In this document: piece after piece, positions 48,572-57,045 of the stretch
Layout: the number at the start of each line of letters is the position of its first letter
Position numbering within the stretch: the stretch's first letter is position 1
NCBI GenBank assembly: GCA_963706575.1
Contig: CAVPNL010000001.1
Span: 463,208-527,207, forward strand
From: an uncultured delta proteobacterium
GTDB taxonomy: Bacteria; Desulfobacterota; Desulfobacteria; Desulfobacterales; JAHEIW01
Reading direction: 5' to 3'
Length of the DNA: 64,000 nucleotides
Made by a program: the position numbers and the translations under genes
Notes under the pieces: model-generated
Database searches by the model: none
The model's input: only the letters and a program-made list of their open reading frames with translations
Told to the model about the DNA's origin: nothing

Positions 48572-48973
48572 ATGGCAATTTTCAAGAAATTTGATCATAT
48601 CGGCGTTGTTGTCGAAGACCTCCGGAAAGCTATGGATGAGCTTTCGGATTTCTTTGGTTTAGAGTGTCAGGAGGTAATGGAAATTAAAGATGCCGGAATT
48701 CGAATCGCCTTTTATCCTTTGGGCTCCGGGCAAATGGAGCTTATTGAATTTCAAAAACCGATAGCGGATGTTGATCCGATCGTCACCCGCCCAGGAGCCG
48801 GAGTTCAGCACGTTGCCTTTCAGGTTGATGATTTTCAACTGGCATTAGAGACGCTGACCGCTAAAGGATTGAAGCTGGTCAAAGGCTTTCCGAGAAGCGG
48901 TGCTCACGGACAGGTGGCCTTCTTTTATCCGACCGAGGGGTTGGATCTGTTGATAGAGATATGTGAATCTTGA
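48572..48973 (+). CDS. VOC-family protein, methylmalonyl-CoA epimerase-like
   Basis: DHIGVVV, IAF, ELIE, GVQHVAF.V, PRSGAHG.VAF, LIE. Confidence 0.85.
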   Translation: MAIFKKFDHIGVVVEDLRKAMDELSDFFGLECQEVMEIKDAGIRIAFYPLGSGQMELIEFQKPIADVDPIVTRPGAGVQHVAFQVDDFQLALETLTAKGLKLVKGFPRSGAHGQVAFFYPTEGLDLLIEICES

Positions 48974-50351
48974 GGTTCCGATAAAAAGTCCAATGGAAGC
49001 AAAACGCAAATTCTGGAACGAAGACGTTGAAACACTTTCTGCGCAAGACATGAAAGCGCTCCAATGGAAACGGCTAAAAAAGCAACTGCGCTATAATTTT
49101 GATAATTCGATCTATTATCGCGAGGAAAAATTCCAGAAAGCCGGGCTGACCCCTGACGATATTCAAACCTTCGAAGATTTCCAAAAGATACCGCTGTTAA
49201 CCAAAGATGAGCACCGGCAGATACAGGTAGATTCCATTCAGCAATTCGGGCATCCCTATGGTTTGATCACCTGTGCACCCCGGGATAAAATTGTTCGAAT
49301 CAATTCAACCAGCGGCACCACCGGCCAGCCCACCCTGTATACGTTGACCCAAAATGATATCAACGTGCTCAACGAGATGCATTGCCGCAAGTACTGGCGA
49401 ACCGGTCTGAGACCGGGCCATATTGTACTGCAGGCGCTTTCTTTGAGCATGTTTACCGGCGGACTTCCCCTTTCCGATGGCCTGCAATCTATGGGGCTTT
49501 GCGTGGTGCCTGTGGGAATCGAGGGTGGAACCCGACGGGTGCTCGATTTTACGCTTTTAACGAAGCCCGACGTTTTGATCGCCACCCCGTCGTTCGGCGA
49601 ATACCTTATCGAACAGGCCCCCAAACTTATCGGCAAAGACGCTCGCGAGCTGGGTATTCGGTGGTTTTATTGTGCCGGTGAGCCCGGAGCCGGGATTGCT
49701 TCTTTGCGCAAAAAGTTGCAGGAGGGTTTCGGCGCGAAAGTGTTTGACCATACCGGCGGCGGACATGCCTTTCATGGGATATCATGCGAAACCGAGCCGT
49801 ACCCTGGGATGCACTTTGTTTCCGCCGATCACTGTATTCTGGAACTGGTTGATGCGGAGACCAAAGACCCTATTGAGATCTCTGACGGGGCCATGGGCGA
49901 AATGGTGTTCACCTTTATTGGGTGGGAAGGCGGACCGTTTATGCGCTATGCGCTGGGCGATTTGATCCAAATATACACCGCAACCTGCAGTTGCGGCTGG
50001 CCGGAGATGCGGTTTAAAATTTTGGGGCGGGCGGATGACATGCTCATCATCAAAGGCGTCAATTTCTACCCATCGGCGCTAAAAGGACTGGTCAGTGAGC
50101 TTGAGCCCCGCACCACCGGAGCGCTGCGAATTATTCTGGAACAACCGGGCCCTCTGGTTAAGCCGCCGCTTAAAATTCGCATCGAGCATGGTTTGCAGAA
50201 TTCGAACAATGAAGACAAACAGCAGCTAATGAAAGAACTCGGCGAACTTATAAAAGATCGACTGCGTATCAACCCGGATATCGAACTTGTTGAACCGTTT
50301 TCCCTGCCGCGGGAATCCGGCAAAACTTCTTTGATCGAAATAAAAAAGTGA
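48963..50351 (+). CDS. Phenylacetate-CoA ligase (PaaK) family CoA ligase, copy 2
   Basis: RINSTSGTTGQP, ATPS, AGEPG, RYALGD, GRADDMLIIKGVNFYP; start uncertain (GTG 48963 or ATG 48993). Confidence 0.9.
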   Translation: MNLEVPIKSPMEAKRKFWNEDVETLSAQDMKALQWKRLKKQLRYNFDNSIYYREEKFQKAGLTPDDIQTFEDFQKIPLLTKDEHRQIQVDSIQQFGHPYGLITCAPRDKIVRINSTSGTTGQPTLYTLTQNDINVLNEMHCRKYWRTGLRPGHIVLQALSLSMFTGGLPLSDGLQSMGLCVVPVGIEGGTRRVLDFTLLTKPDVLIATPSFGEYLIEQAPKLIGKDARELGIRWFYCAGEPGAGIASLRKKLQEGFGAKVFDHTGGGHAFHGISCETEPYPGMHFVSADHCILELVDAETKDPIEISDGAMGEMVFTFIGWEGGPFMRYALGDLIQIYTATCSCGWPEMRFKILGRADDMLIIKGVNFYPSALKGLVSELEPRTTGALRIILEQPGPLVKPPLKIRIEHGLQNSNNEDKQQLMKELGELIKDRLRINPDIELVEPFSLPRESGKTSLIEIKK

Positions 50352-50379
50352 AATTGGCTTGCCGATTAGAACATCAAAC

Positions 50380-50435
50380 GTAGGGCCGGCCTCTGTGCCG
50401 GCCATCATGAAAGCCGCCGCAGAGGGCGGCCCTAC
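50380..50435. repeat. GTAG...CTAC REP-like doublet
   Basis: gtagggccggcctctgtgccggcc ... gccgccgcagagggcggccctac. Confidence 0.7.
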
Positions 50436-50484
50436 TTCTGAAGGCGGATATTTGAAACGCGTTTAATGCCTGAAACAAGTCGCT

Positions 50485-52239
50485 ATGGAAGCCAAAGCAA
50501 AGACAGACAAAGTGCTAACATCCATTATCCAGTGCCGCTTGAAGGCCATCACGGAGGAAATGGGCTATACACTGTTGCGCACCAGCCGGTCCCCCATTCT
50601 CAATGAAGCCCGGGATTTTGTTACCGGTCTATATGATGCCAGGGGTCGAATGCTGGAGCAGGCGGAATATATTCCTGTGCTTGCTTTCGCAATTCAGCCG
50701 GTGTGCCAGAAGATCGTTGAATATTTCGGCAACGATATACACCCCGGCGATGTCATTTTACATAACGACGTATTTAGCGGTGGCAACCAGAATGCCGATG
50801 TGGCCGTATTCAAGCCCATTTTTCACAACGATGTCTTATTTGCCTGGGCAGCTGTGAAAGGGCATCAGGCCGATATCGGCGGTGCGGTAGCCGGCGGTTA
50901 TAACCCGGCTGCCCGTGAAATCTGGCAGGAAGCGCTGCGCATAACACCGGTTAAGGTTGTCGAGCAGGGGAAACTGCGGCGCGATGTATGGGATCTGATT
51001 TTTGCCAATATCCGGTATCCCATTGTGGCCGAAGACATCAAAGCCCAGATGGGTGCCTGTTCGGTGGGAGAAAGGCTGGTGAATTCGCTTCTGCAGCGAT
51101 ATGGCTTTGATCAATTGCGCAACCAGATTAAACTTCTGTTTGATTCGACTGAAAAAATGGTGCGCGCTGAAATCCGGCGGATTCCCGATGGAGAATATCG
51201 AGGCCAGAGCTGGATGTACTATGACGGTATTCATGACGGTTCCAGATTCAAGATAAACCTCACAATCACCGTTAAAAACGATGAGATTTATTTTGACTAT
51301 AGCGGTACGGACAAGCAAACTGAAGGGTTTGCCAACGCGCCACTGGGGGCCAGCATGTCAGCCGTGATTCTGACCTTTTTGATGTTAATCGATCCCGATA
51401 TCCCGCATAACGACGGTCTGTTGAGGCCATTGCACGTCCATATCCCGCCGGGAACCTTTTTGAACGCAAACTTTCCGGCGGCCACCACCTTTGGCAACAG
51501 CATCACCGGCCCCAATGCAGATGCCATCTTAAAAGCACTTGCAAAAGCGATTCCGCATAAAGTCACGGCAGGTTGGAATCGGATGCTGGCGTTGGCTGTA
51601 TCCGGCATTGATCCGCGTTCAAACCGTCCTTACGTGGATATTCTTTTTAATGCCCTGAAAGGAGGTTCGGGGGCGGTTGAGGGTTGTGACGGCTATGACC
51701 ATATTGGCTTGATTAACTGTGCCGGTGGAATACTGGCGCAGGATCCCGAAATGTTTGAGCTGCAGACGCCGAACCTGATTGCCAAACACGAATATGCGCT
51801 GGATTCGGCCGGTGCCGGACGATGGCGAGGAGGCCTGGGGGTAGAGACCATCATTCGATTTGGTGGTGAGAAATCCAAAGGCGTTGTATTTGGTGATGGG
51901 GTCGATGAAGAAACCCGGGCTTTCGGGCTTTTTGGCGGAAACATCGGCAGCATAAATGAGATGGAATTCAAATTTCCGGATGGCAGCCGACACCGGCCAA
52001 AATCCAAAGAGATCGTTTCCGATATACCCCCGGGGACGATTCTGCATCAGGTGGCCGGCGGAGGCGGCGGATACGGCAAACCGATCCTAAGACCGGCAGA
52101 GCAGGTCATACGGGAGGTGAGAAACGGCACCCTTTCATTGCGGAAAGCCAAGCAAGAATATGGTATCGTGCTCGATCCGATGACGATGGAACTAAAACAA
52201 ACCGAGACGGAACAGCTACGAGGAAAGAGTAAAAAGTGA
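50485..52239 (+). CDS. Hydantoinase B/oxoprolinase subunit, copy 2
   Basis: EEMG..L.RTSRSP, EARDF, HQADIGG, DSAGAGRWRGG, GGGGGYG.P. Confidence 0.92.
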   Translation: MEAKAKTDKVLTSIIQCRLKAITEEMGYTLLRTSRSPILNEARDFVTGLYDARGRMLEQAEYIPVLAFAIQPVCQKIVEYFGNDIHPGDVILHNDVFSGGNQNADVAVFKPIFHNDVLFAWAAVKGHQADIGGAVAGGYNPAAREIWQEALRITPVKVVEQGKLRRDVWDLIFANIRYPIVAEDIKAQMGACSVGERLVNSLLQRYGFDQLRNQIKLLFDSTEKMVRAEIRRIPDGEYRGQSWMYYDGIHDGSRFKINLTITVKNDEIYFDYSGTDKQTEGFANAPLGASMSAVILTFLMLIDPDIPHNDGLLRPLHVHIPPGTFLNANFPAATTFGNSITGPNADAILKALAKAIPHKVTAGWNRMLALAVSGIDPRSNRPYVDILFNALKGGSGAVEGCDGYDHIGLINCAGGILAQDPEMFELQTPNLIAKHEYALDSAGAGRWRGGLGVETIIRFGGEKSKGVVFGDGVDEETRAFGLFGGNIGSINEMEFKFPDGSRHRPKSKEIVSDIPPGTILHQVAGGGGGYGKPILRPAEQVIREVRNGTLSLRKAKQEYGIVLDPMTMELKQTETEQLRGKSKK

Positions 52240-52313
52240 GAATGCGGAAAGCGGAAGGGGGAATTGGAAAAACTTTAGGAAGATAGCGTCCAGAAGTTGG
52301 ACCTGACGAAACC

Positions 52314-52937
52314 TCACTTTGCTTTTTTGAGGTTCTTTTTCAGTCGTTCAAAATCTTGCGGGGTGTCGACATCAAAAAAACAGATCGGATCTTCCATTTC
52401 AACGCCTAACACCCGATCCGGGTTGTCATCGATCAATTGGCGGGCACCCATATCGCCTTTAATGCCCATCAGCTGGGTGTAAAAACGGCGCCTGAATATG
52501 GCGGGCGTTTTTCTTTTGCCCTGATAAATGGGAACGCATATGTCCTTTTCATCGGCCCAGAATCTTTCCAGCAAAACATTGATGGCCGCAGTGTTCAGCA
52601 TGGGCTGATCACCCAGTAGAAACATCACTGCCGGGTAATCGTCTTTAACCTTTGATAACCCGGTCTGAAGGGAAAGGCTTTGACCTTTTTCATATTGCGG
52701 GTTGATTGCGACCAGAAGCTTTGAGTGCTGTAATTTTTCACCCAGTGCTTGCAGGATTTTTTGATGGGCGTATCCTAAAACCAGCACAATTCTGTTAAGC
52801 TCGGATTTTAAAGCCGCATCGAGCACCCAATCAAGCAGGCACTTATCTTTTAGCCGCAAGAGTTGTTTCGGTTCGCCGAATCGTGTCGATGCACCGGCGG
52901 CTAAAATAATTCCGGCAGTTGGTTTTTCCTTCATCAT
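52314..52937 (-). CDS. mocA: Molybdenum cofactor cytidylyltransferase (MocA/YgfJ-like)
   Basis: ILAAGASTRFGEPKQL, LGDQP, GDMGAR, DVDTPQD. Confidence 0.85.
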   Translation of the reverse strand: MMKEKPTAGIILAAGASTRFGEPKQLLRLKDKCLLDWVLDAALKSELNRIVLVLGYAHQKILQALGEKLQHSKLLVAINPQYEKGQSLSLQTGLSKVKDDYPAVMFLLGDQPMLNTAAINVLLERFWADEKDICVPIYQGKRKTPAIFRRRFYTQLMGIKGDMGARQLIDDNPDRVLGVEMEDPICFFDVDTPQDFERLKKNLKKAK

Positions 52938-52941
52938 GCTG

Positions 52942-53277
52942 TTAGAAAATCATGGGGATATACCCCGCTTTAATGGAATCGGAAATTAAGGCGCCCACGT
53001 ATTCGACATTAAAGCCCAGCTCTTCAAGCTTGTCACTGGCACCGGATTTATCCGATAAAAATTTGCAGGCAATCGGCGTCTGGTATTCCAGCAATTCCGA
53101 GGCTGCCTGGATGACGTCTTCGTCTTCGCAAAGCAGATTTTCAAAAGGGCCGAAAAAGATGACTCTGACATTATCAACCCATTTATTTTTCTGAGCATTT
53201 TTTGCGTACAAAATGCCGGTCAGCGCTTTGTCCTTTTCTGCGGTCGAAATGATAACCATAACGTTGGATGACATCAT
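52942..53277 (-). CDS. DsrE-like small protein
   Basis: VIIST, VIFFGP.E, PIACK, VEYVG; AAGGAGG RBS. Confidence 0.75.
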   Translation of the reverse strand: MMSSNVMVIISTAEKDKALTGILYAKNAQKNKWVDNVRVIFFGPFENLLCEDEDVIQAASELLEYQTPIACKFLSDKSGASDKLEELGFNVEYVGALISDSIKAGYIPMIF

Positions 53278-53401
53278 AACCTCCTTGGTATTGAAAAATT
53301 TTCGCGGAATGTAACATAAGCGAATCCTTTTTTCTACACAACTTTTGACGCGTGATAACATTGTTTGATATACGAAGCTAAATCTTTAGGAGACAATCGA
53401 T

Positions 53402-54103
53402 ATGAGCTTTGAACATAAGAAATATCTTAACGCAACACCCATCCTCGATTCAGATTCAAAGATAATCATTAATTTTGCCATGTCCGCAATCAAAGATGCC
53501 GATGATGATCCGATTTCTAAGGCGATCAATCTGTATTATGCCGTCAGAGATGGAATCTGGTATGATCCTTATACCCCGTTTTACCTGCCGGAGCATTATC
53601 GTTCCAGCAACGTACTGAAAAGAGGACGGGCGTTTTGTATCGGTAAAGCCGGCCTGTTATGCGCTGTCGGCAGGGCCTGCGGCATCCCCACCCGGCTCGG
53701 TTTCGCCGATGTCCACAACCATCTGGCCACCCAGCAATTGATCGATTATCTGGGGTCCAATATTTTTTCCTATCACGGATTCATGGAATTTTATCTGGAC
53801 GGCAAATGGGTTAAAGCGACGCCGGCTTTCAACAAAGAGCTCTGCCGTAGAGCCAAGGTGACGCCGCTGGAATTCAACGGTCGCGAAGATTCGATATTTC
53901 AGCCTTACAATGAGGAAAAAAAATTATTTATGGAATACATAAGGGATCACGGAACCCATGCGGATATTCCGGTTGATCAAATCGTTGAGGCCTGGAAAAC
54001 GACATACGGTCAGGAGCGTGTTAGACGTTGGATTGCATCTTTTGAGAAATCCGGTGGAAAGCGCAATCGGAAATTTGAAAATGAAGACTGGGTGAAGGAT
54101 TAA
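53402..54103 (+). CDS. Transglutaminase-like family protein
   Basis: VRDGIWYDPY, FCIGKA (Cys), GIPTRLGFADV.NHL, HG, WVKATPAFN. Confidence 0.88.
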   Translation: MSFEHKKYLNATPILDSDSKIIINFAMSAIKDADDDPISKAINLYYAVRDGIWYDPYTPFYLPEHYRSSNVLKRGRAFCIGKAGLLCAVGRACGIPTRLGFADVHNHLATQQLIDYLGSNIFSYHGFMEFYLDGKWVKATPAFNKELCRRAKVTPLEFNGREDSIFQPYNEEKKLFMEYIRDHGTHADIPVDQIVEAWKTTYGQERVRRWIASFEKSGGKRNRKFENEDWVKD

Positions 54104-54145
54104 ATCAGAATACGAGATTACACTTGTTGAGGCTGAGAATCTGCG

Positions 54146-55165
54146 ATGAAAAAAGTAAAAGTCGAAAATGCGGTCGGAATGGTTCTGGTTCATGACATTA
54201 CGCGTATCATTCCGGGAAAATTTAAAGGGGTTGGCTTTAAAAAAGGGCATATCGTTAAAGAAAAAGATATTCCCGAATTGTTAAAACTCGGCAAAAAACA
54301 TCTGTATGTTTTGAATTTTACGGCAAACCATCTGCACGAAGATGACGCTGCTTTGCGTATTGCCCGAGCAATATGTGGAACGCAACTCCACTGGACAGAT
54401 CCGTCCGAAGGAAAATCAAACATTATCAGCCAAGCTGACGGCATTTTAAAAGTGAATCGCGCAGCGCTTTTAAAAATCAATAAACTAGGCAAAATTATTG
54501 TCTCGACGTTGAAAAATAATTTTCCAGTTCAAAAAGATCAAATTGTCGCCGCGACTCGAATCATTCCCTTGACGATAAATGTGAAGAAGATCGAACGATT
54601 GGAAAATATCGCCGAAAAGCAGCACCCGGTTATAAGCATCATGCCCTACCGGCAATTAAAGGTGGGGGCTGTGGTAACCGGCTCCGAGATTTATGACGGG
54701 ATCATTAAGGATGAATTTGATAAATATGTCGGCAAAAAGGTGAGTGCATACGGCTCCAGGATCATAAAAAAAATTCTGGTGACGGACAAGGTAGCCAGCA
54801 TTGCAAAGGCAGTCGCTGAACTCATAAACCTGGGTTGCGACCTTATTCTGACAACCGGTGGACTATCAGTGGATCCGGATGACGTGACGCGCCAGGGAGT
54901 TAAAAGAATCGGAGCGGAAATTGTGGCATACGGTGCTCCTGTTCTTCCGGGGGCCATGTTTCTGTATGCCAGATTGAAGGGCACGCCGATCCTCGGTTTA
55001 CCGGCCTGCGTCTACTACCATGAATCAACCATTTTTGATCTGGTATTCCCCAGGGTTCTGGCGGGAGACCGTATTGACAAAAACGAAATTGCAGAAATGG
55101 GACACGGCGGCCTGTGTCTGAATTGCGACCGATGCCAGTTTCCAGTGTGTCCGTTTGGGAAGTAG
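54146..55165 (+). CDS. Molybdopterin-binding protein (MoeA/MoCF domain) with C-terminal Cys cluster
   Basis: HDITRI, HEDDAA, VTGSE, TGGLSVDPDDVT, YGAPVLPGAM, GLPAC, GGLCLNCDRCQFPVCPFGK. Confidence 0.88.
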   Translation: MKKVKVENAVGMVLVHDITRIIPGKFKGVGFKKGHIVKEKDIPELLKLGKKHLYVLNFTANHLHEDDAALRIARAICGTQLHWTDPSEGKSNIISQADGILKVNRAALLKINKLGKIIVSTLKNNFPVQKDQIVAATRIIPLTINVKKIERLENIAEKQHPVISIMPYRQLKVGAVVTGSEIYDGIIKDEFDKYVGKKVSAYGSRIIKKILVTDKVASIAKAVAELINLGCDLILTTGGLSVDPDDVTRQGVKRIGAEIVAYGAPVLPGAMFLYARLKGTPILGLPACVYYHESTIFDLVFPRVLAGDRIDKNEIAEMGHGGLCLNCDRCQFPVCPFGK

Positions 55166-55288
55166 TATTGGAAAACTGGGTATTTGGTATTGGGTATTCG
55201 TTCGTTAAAAGGACTGAGTGCTGAGGACTGGGCGGCAGTACTGAATGGTCTTTTATAAAATATTAAGAATATTATGGAGGACTGAAAA

Positions 55289-56089
55289 ATTAAACTGAAT
55301 GAACTCATTGTGGCGGTCAAAGGAGCAGGGGAGATGGCCAGTGCGGTTGCCTGGCGGATTTATATGTCCAATATTCGTCGGATTCTGATGCTGGAGACCC
55401 CTTCTCCCCAAGCCGTGCGGCGGAAAGTTTCATTTTGCGAGGCAGTGCTTGACGGCAGCCAAAGCGTAGAAGGTGTCGAAGCGTGCATGGCGGACAATGA
55501 GACCGCCATTCGCGAGACCTGGACCCGGGGAAAAATTGCAGTCGTTGTTGACCCTGAATGGAAAATGCTTGATCACCTTAAGCCCCATGTAGTGATCGAC
55601 GCGATATTAGCCAAAAAAAACATGGGCACCCATTTGGACGAGGCGCCGCTGGTTATCGGACTCGGTCCCGGTTTTATTGCCGGGCAGGATGTCCATCTCG
55701 TCATCGAAACCAATCGCGGCCATAATTTGGGTAAAATTATGGCTTCCGGTAGTGCAGAGCCGAACACAGGGATACCGGGTCCCATCGGTGGCTATGCCGA
55801 AGAAAGGGTTCTGCGGGCCCCCTGCGACGGAGAATTTAAGGCCAGATGCGCAATCGGTGATCGAGTAAAAAAAGGCGATACGGTTGCAACAGTTGCGGCC
55901 GATACGGTCCAGGCAAAGATCGATGGGGTGCTGCGAGGGCTGATGCGTTCATCCTCACACGTTCGCCAGGGATTGAAACTGGGTGATATCGACCCCAGAG
56001 GAAATGTTGATTATTGCCACACGATTTCTGATAAAGCGCGCGCGATTTCCGGATCGGTGCTGGAAGCAATTCTGCGCCAATATAATTGA
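55289..56089 (+). CDS. yqeB: Selenium-dependent molybdenum hydroxylase accessory protein YqeB
   Basis: KGAGEMAS, AVRRKVSF.EA, DAILAKKN, GLGPGF, ETNRGH.LG, ERVLRAP, GDIDPR, ISDKARAI. Start uncertain (ATT 55289 after GGAGG; ORF track uses GTG 55310). Confidence 0.88.
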   Translation: MKLNELIVAVKGAGEMASAVAWRIYMSNIRRILMLETPSPQAVRRKVSFCEAVLDGSQSVEGVEACMADNETAIRETWTRGKIAVVVDPEWKMLDHLKPHVVIDAILAKKNMGTHLDEAPLVIGLGPGFIAGQDVHLVIETNRGHNLGKIMASGSAEPNTGIPGPIGGYAEERVLRAPCDGEFKARCAIGDRVKKGDTVATVAADTVQAKIDGVLRGLMRSSSHVRQGLKLGDIDPRGNVDYCHTISDKARAISGSVLEAILRQYN

Positions 56090-56125
56090 CGGGCACAATT
56101 CGATATGATTGTTTTTCTGAATAAT

Positions 56126-56228
56126 TTACCACAGAGTTCACAGAGGACACAGAGAAAAACTAAAATCTGTTATGGCTTTCGTTGTTTTTCAGCATAGATT
56201 CTCAGAGTTCTCTGTGCTCTCTGTGGTA
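56126..56228. repeat. Intergenic inverted short repeat (CACAGAG / CTCTGTG family), copy 2
   Basis: ttaccacagagttcacagaggacacagaga ... ctcagagttctctgtgctctctgtggta. Confidence 0.78.
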
Positions 56229-56257
56229 GATAAAAAAAAGTATTTTGGAACGCGGAA

Positions 56258-57037
56258 ATGACATCATTACGACATAGTTTGCAGCTAAACAAAGGCGGTG
56301 TAATCAGCCTGGTGGGCGCCGGCGGCAAAACATCGTTGATGTTTCGCCTTGCCCGTGAGCTGTCCAGACAGGGTGCTGCGGTGCTATCGACGACGACAAC
56401 CAAAATCTACACACCCCGCCGGAAACAATCATCTGTTGTAATGATCTCCGCGTCTGCCAGAGACCTCGCAATGGAAGCCAGAAAAATTTTAGGGCGAAAA
56501 CCACACATTTCAGCCGCTAGCCGGCTGATTCCTTTCCAGAACAAGTTGAAAGGATTCCCGCCTGAAACAATTGATGCCATCTGGCAATCCGGGGTTTTTC
56601 GCTGGGTTGTCGTTGAAGCGGATGGTGCCGCCGGCAAATCCTTAAAAGCGCCGGCTGGGCATGAACCCGTTATTCCGCAATGCACAAAATGGGTCATTGG
56701 AATTGTCAGCCTGGAGGCGGTCGGCAAACCGCTGACCGAAAAATGGGCATTTCGACCGCAGTTGGTGTCGAAAATAACGGGTCTGGCTCAGGGCGCATCG
56801 ATTACTGAATCTGCCGTTGCAGAAGTATTAACAAACGCAAACGGTATAATGAAAGGTTTTCCAGCGCAGGCAAAGCGCTTTGCATTTCTCAACCAGGCCG
56901 AATCTCAGGTCCGGCTGAAAGCCGGGCGGCGGATTGCCGAAATGATCTGTTCGCATAAGGCAGCCGGATTTACAGGCGTTCTGATCGGTCAAACCCTTTA
57001 CGAACCATATGTTAAGGAATATTATCCAGCAGATTGA
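56258..57037 (+). CDS. yqeC: Selenium-dependent hydroxylase accessory protein YqeC
   Basis: VGAGGKTS, STTTTK, VEADGAAGKSLKAPAGHEPVIP, LNQA. Confidence 0.88.
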   Translation: MTSLRHSLQLNKGGVISLVGAGGKTSLMFRLARELSRQGAAVLSTTTTKIYTPRRKQSSVVMISASARDLAMEARKILGRKPHISAASRLIPFQNKLKGFPPETIDAIWQSGVFRWVVVEADGAAGKSLKAPAGHEPVIPQCTKWVIGIVSLEAVGKPLTEKWAFRPQLVSKITGLAQGASITESAVAEVLTNANGIMKGFPAQAKRFAFLNQAESQVRLKAGRRIAEMICSHKAAGFTGVLIGQTLYEPYVKEYYPAD

Positions 57038-57045
57038 TCCGAAAT

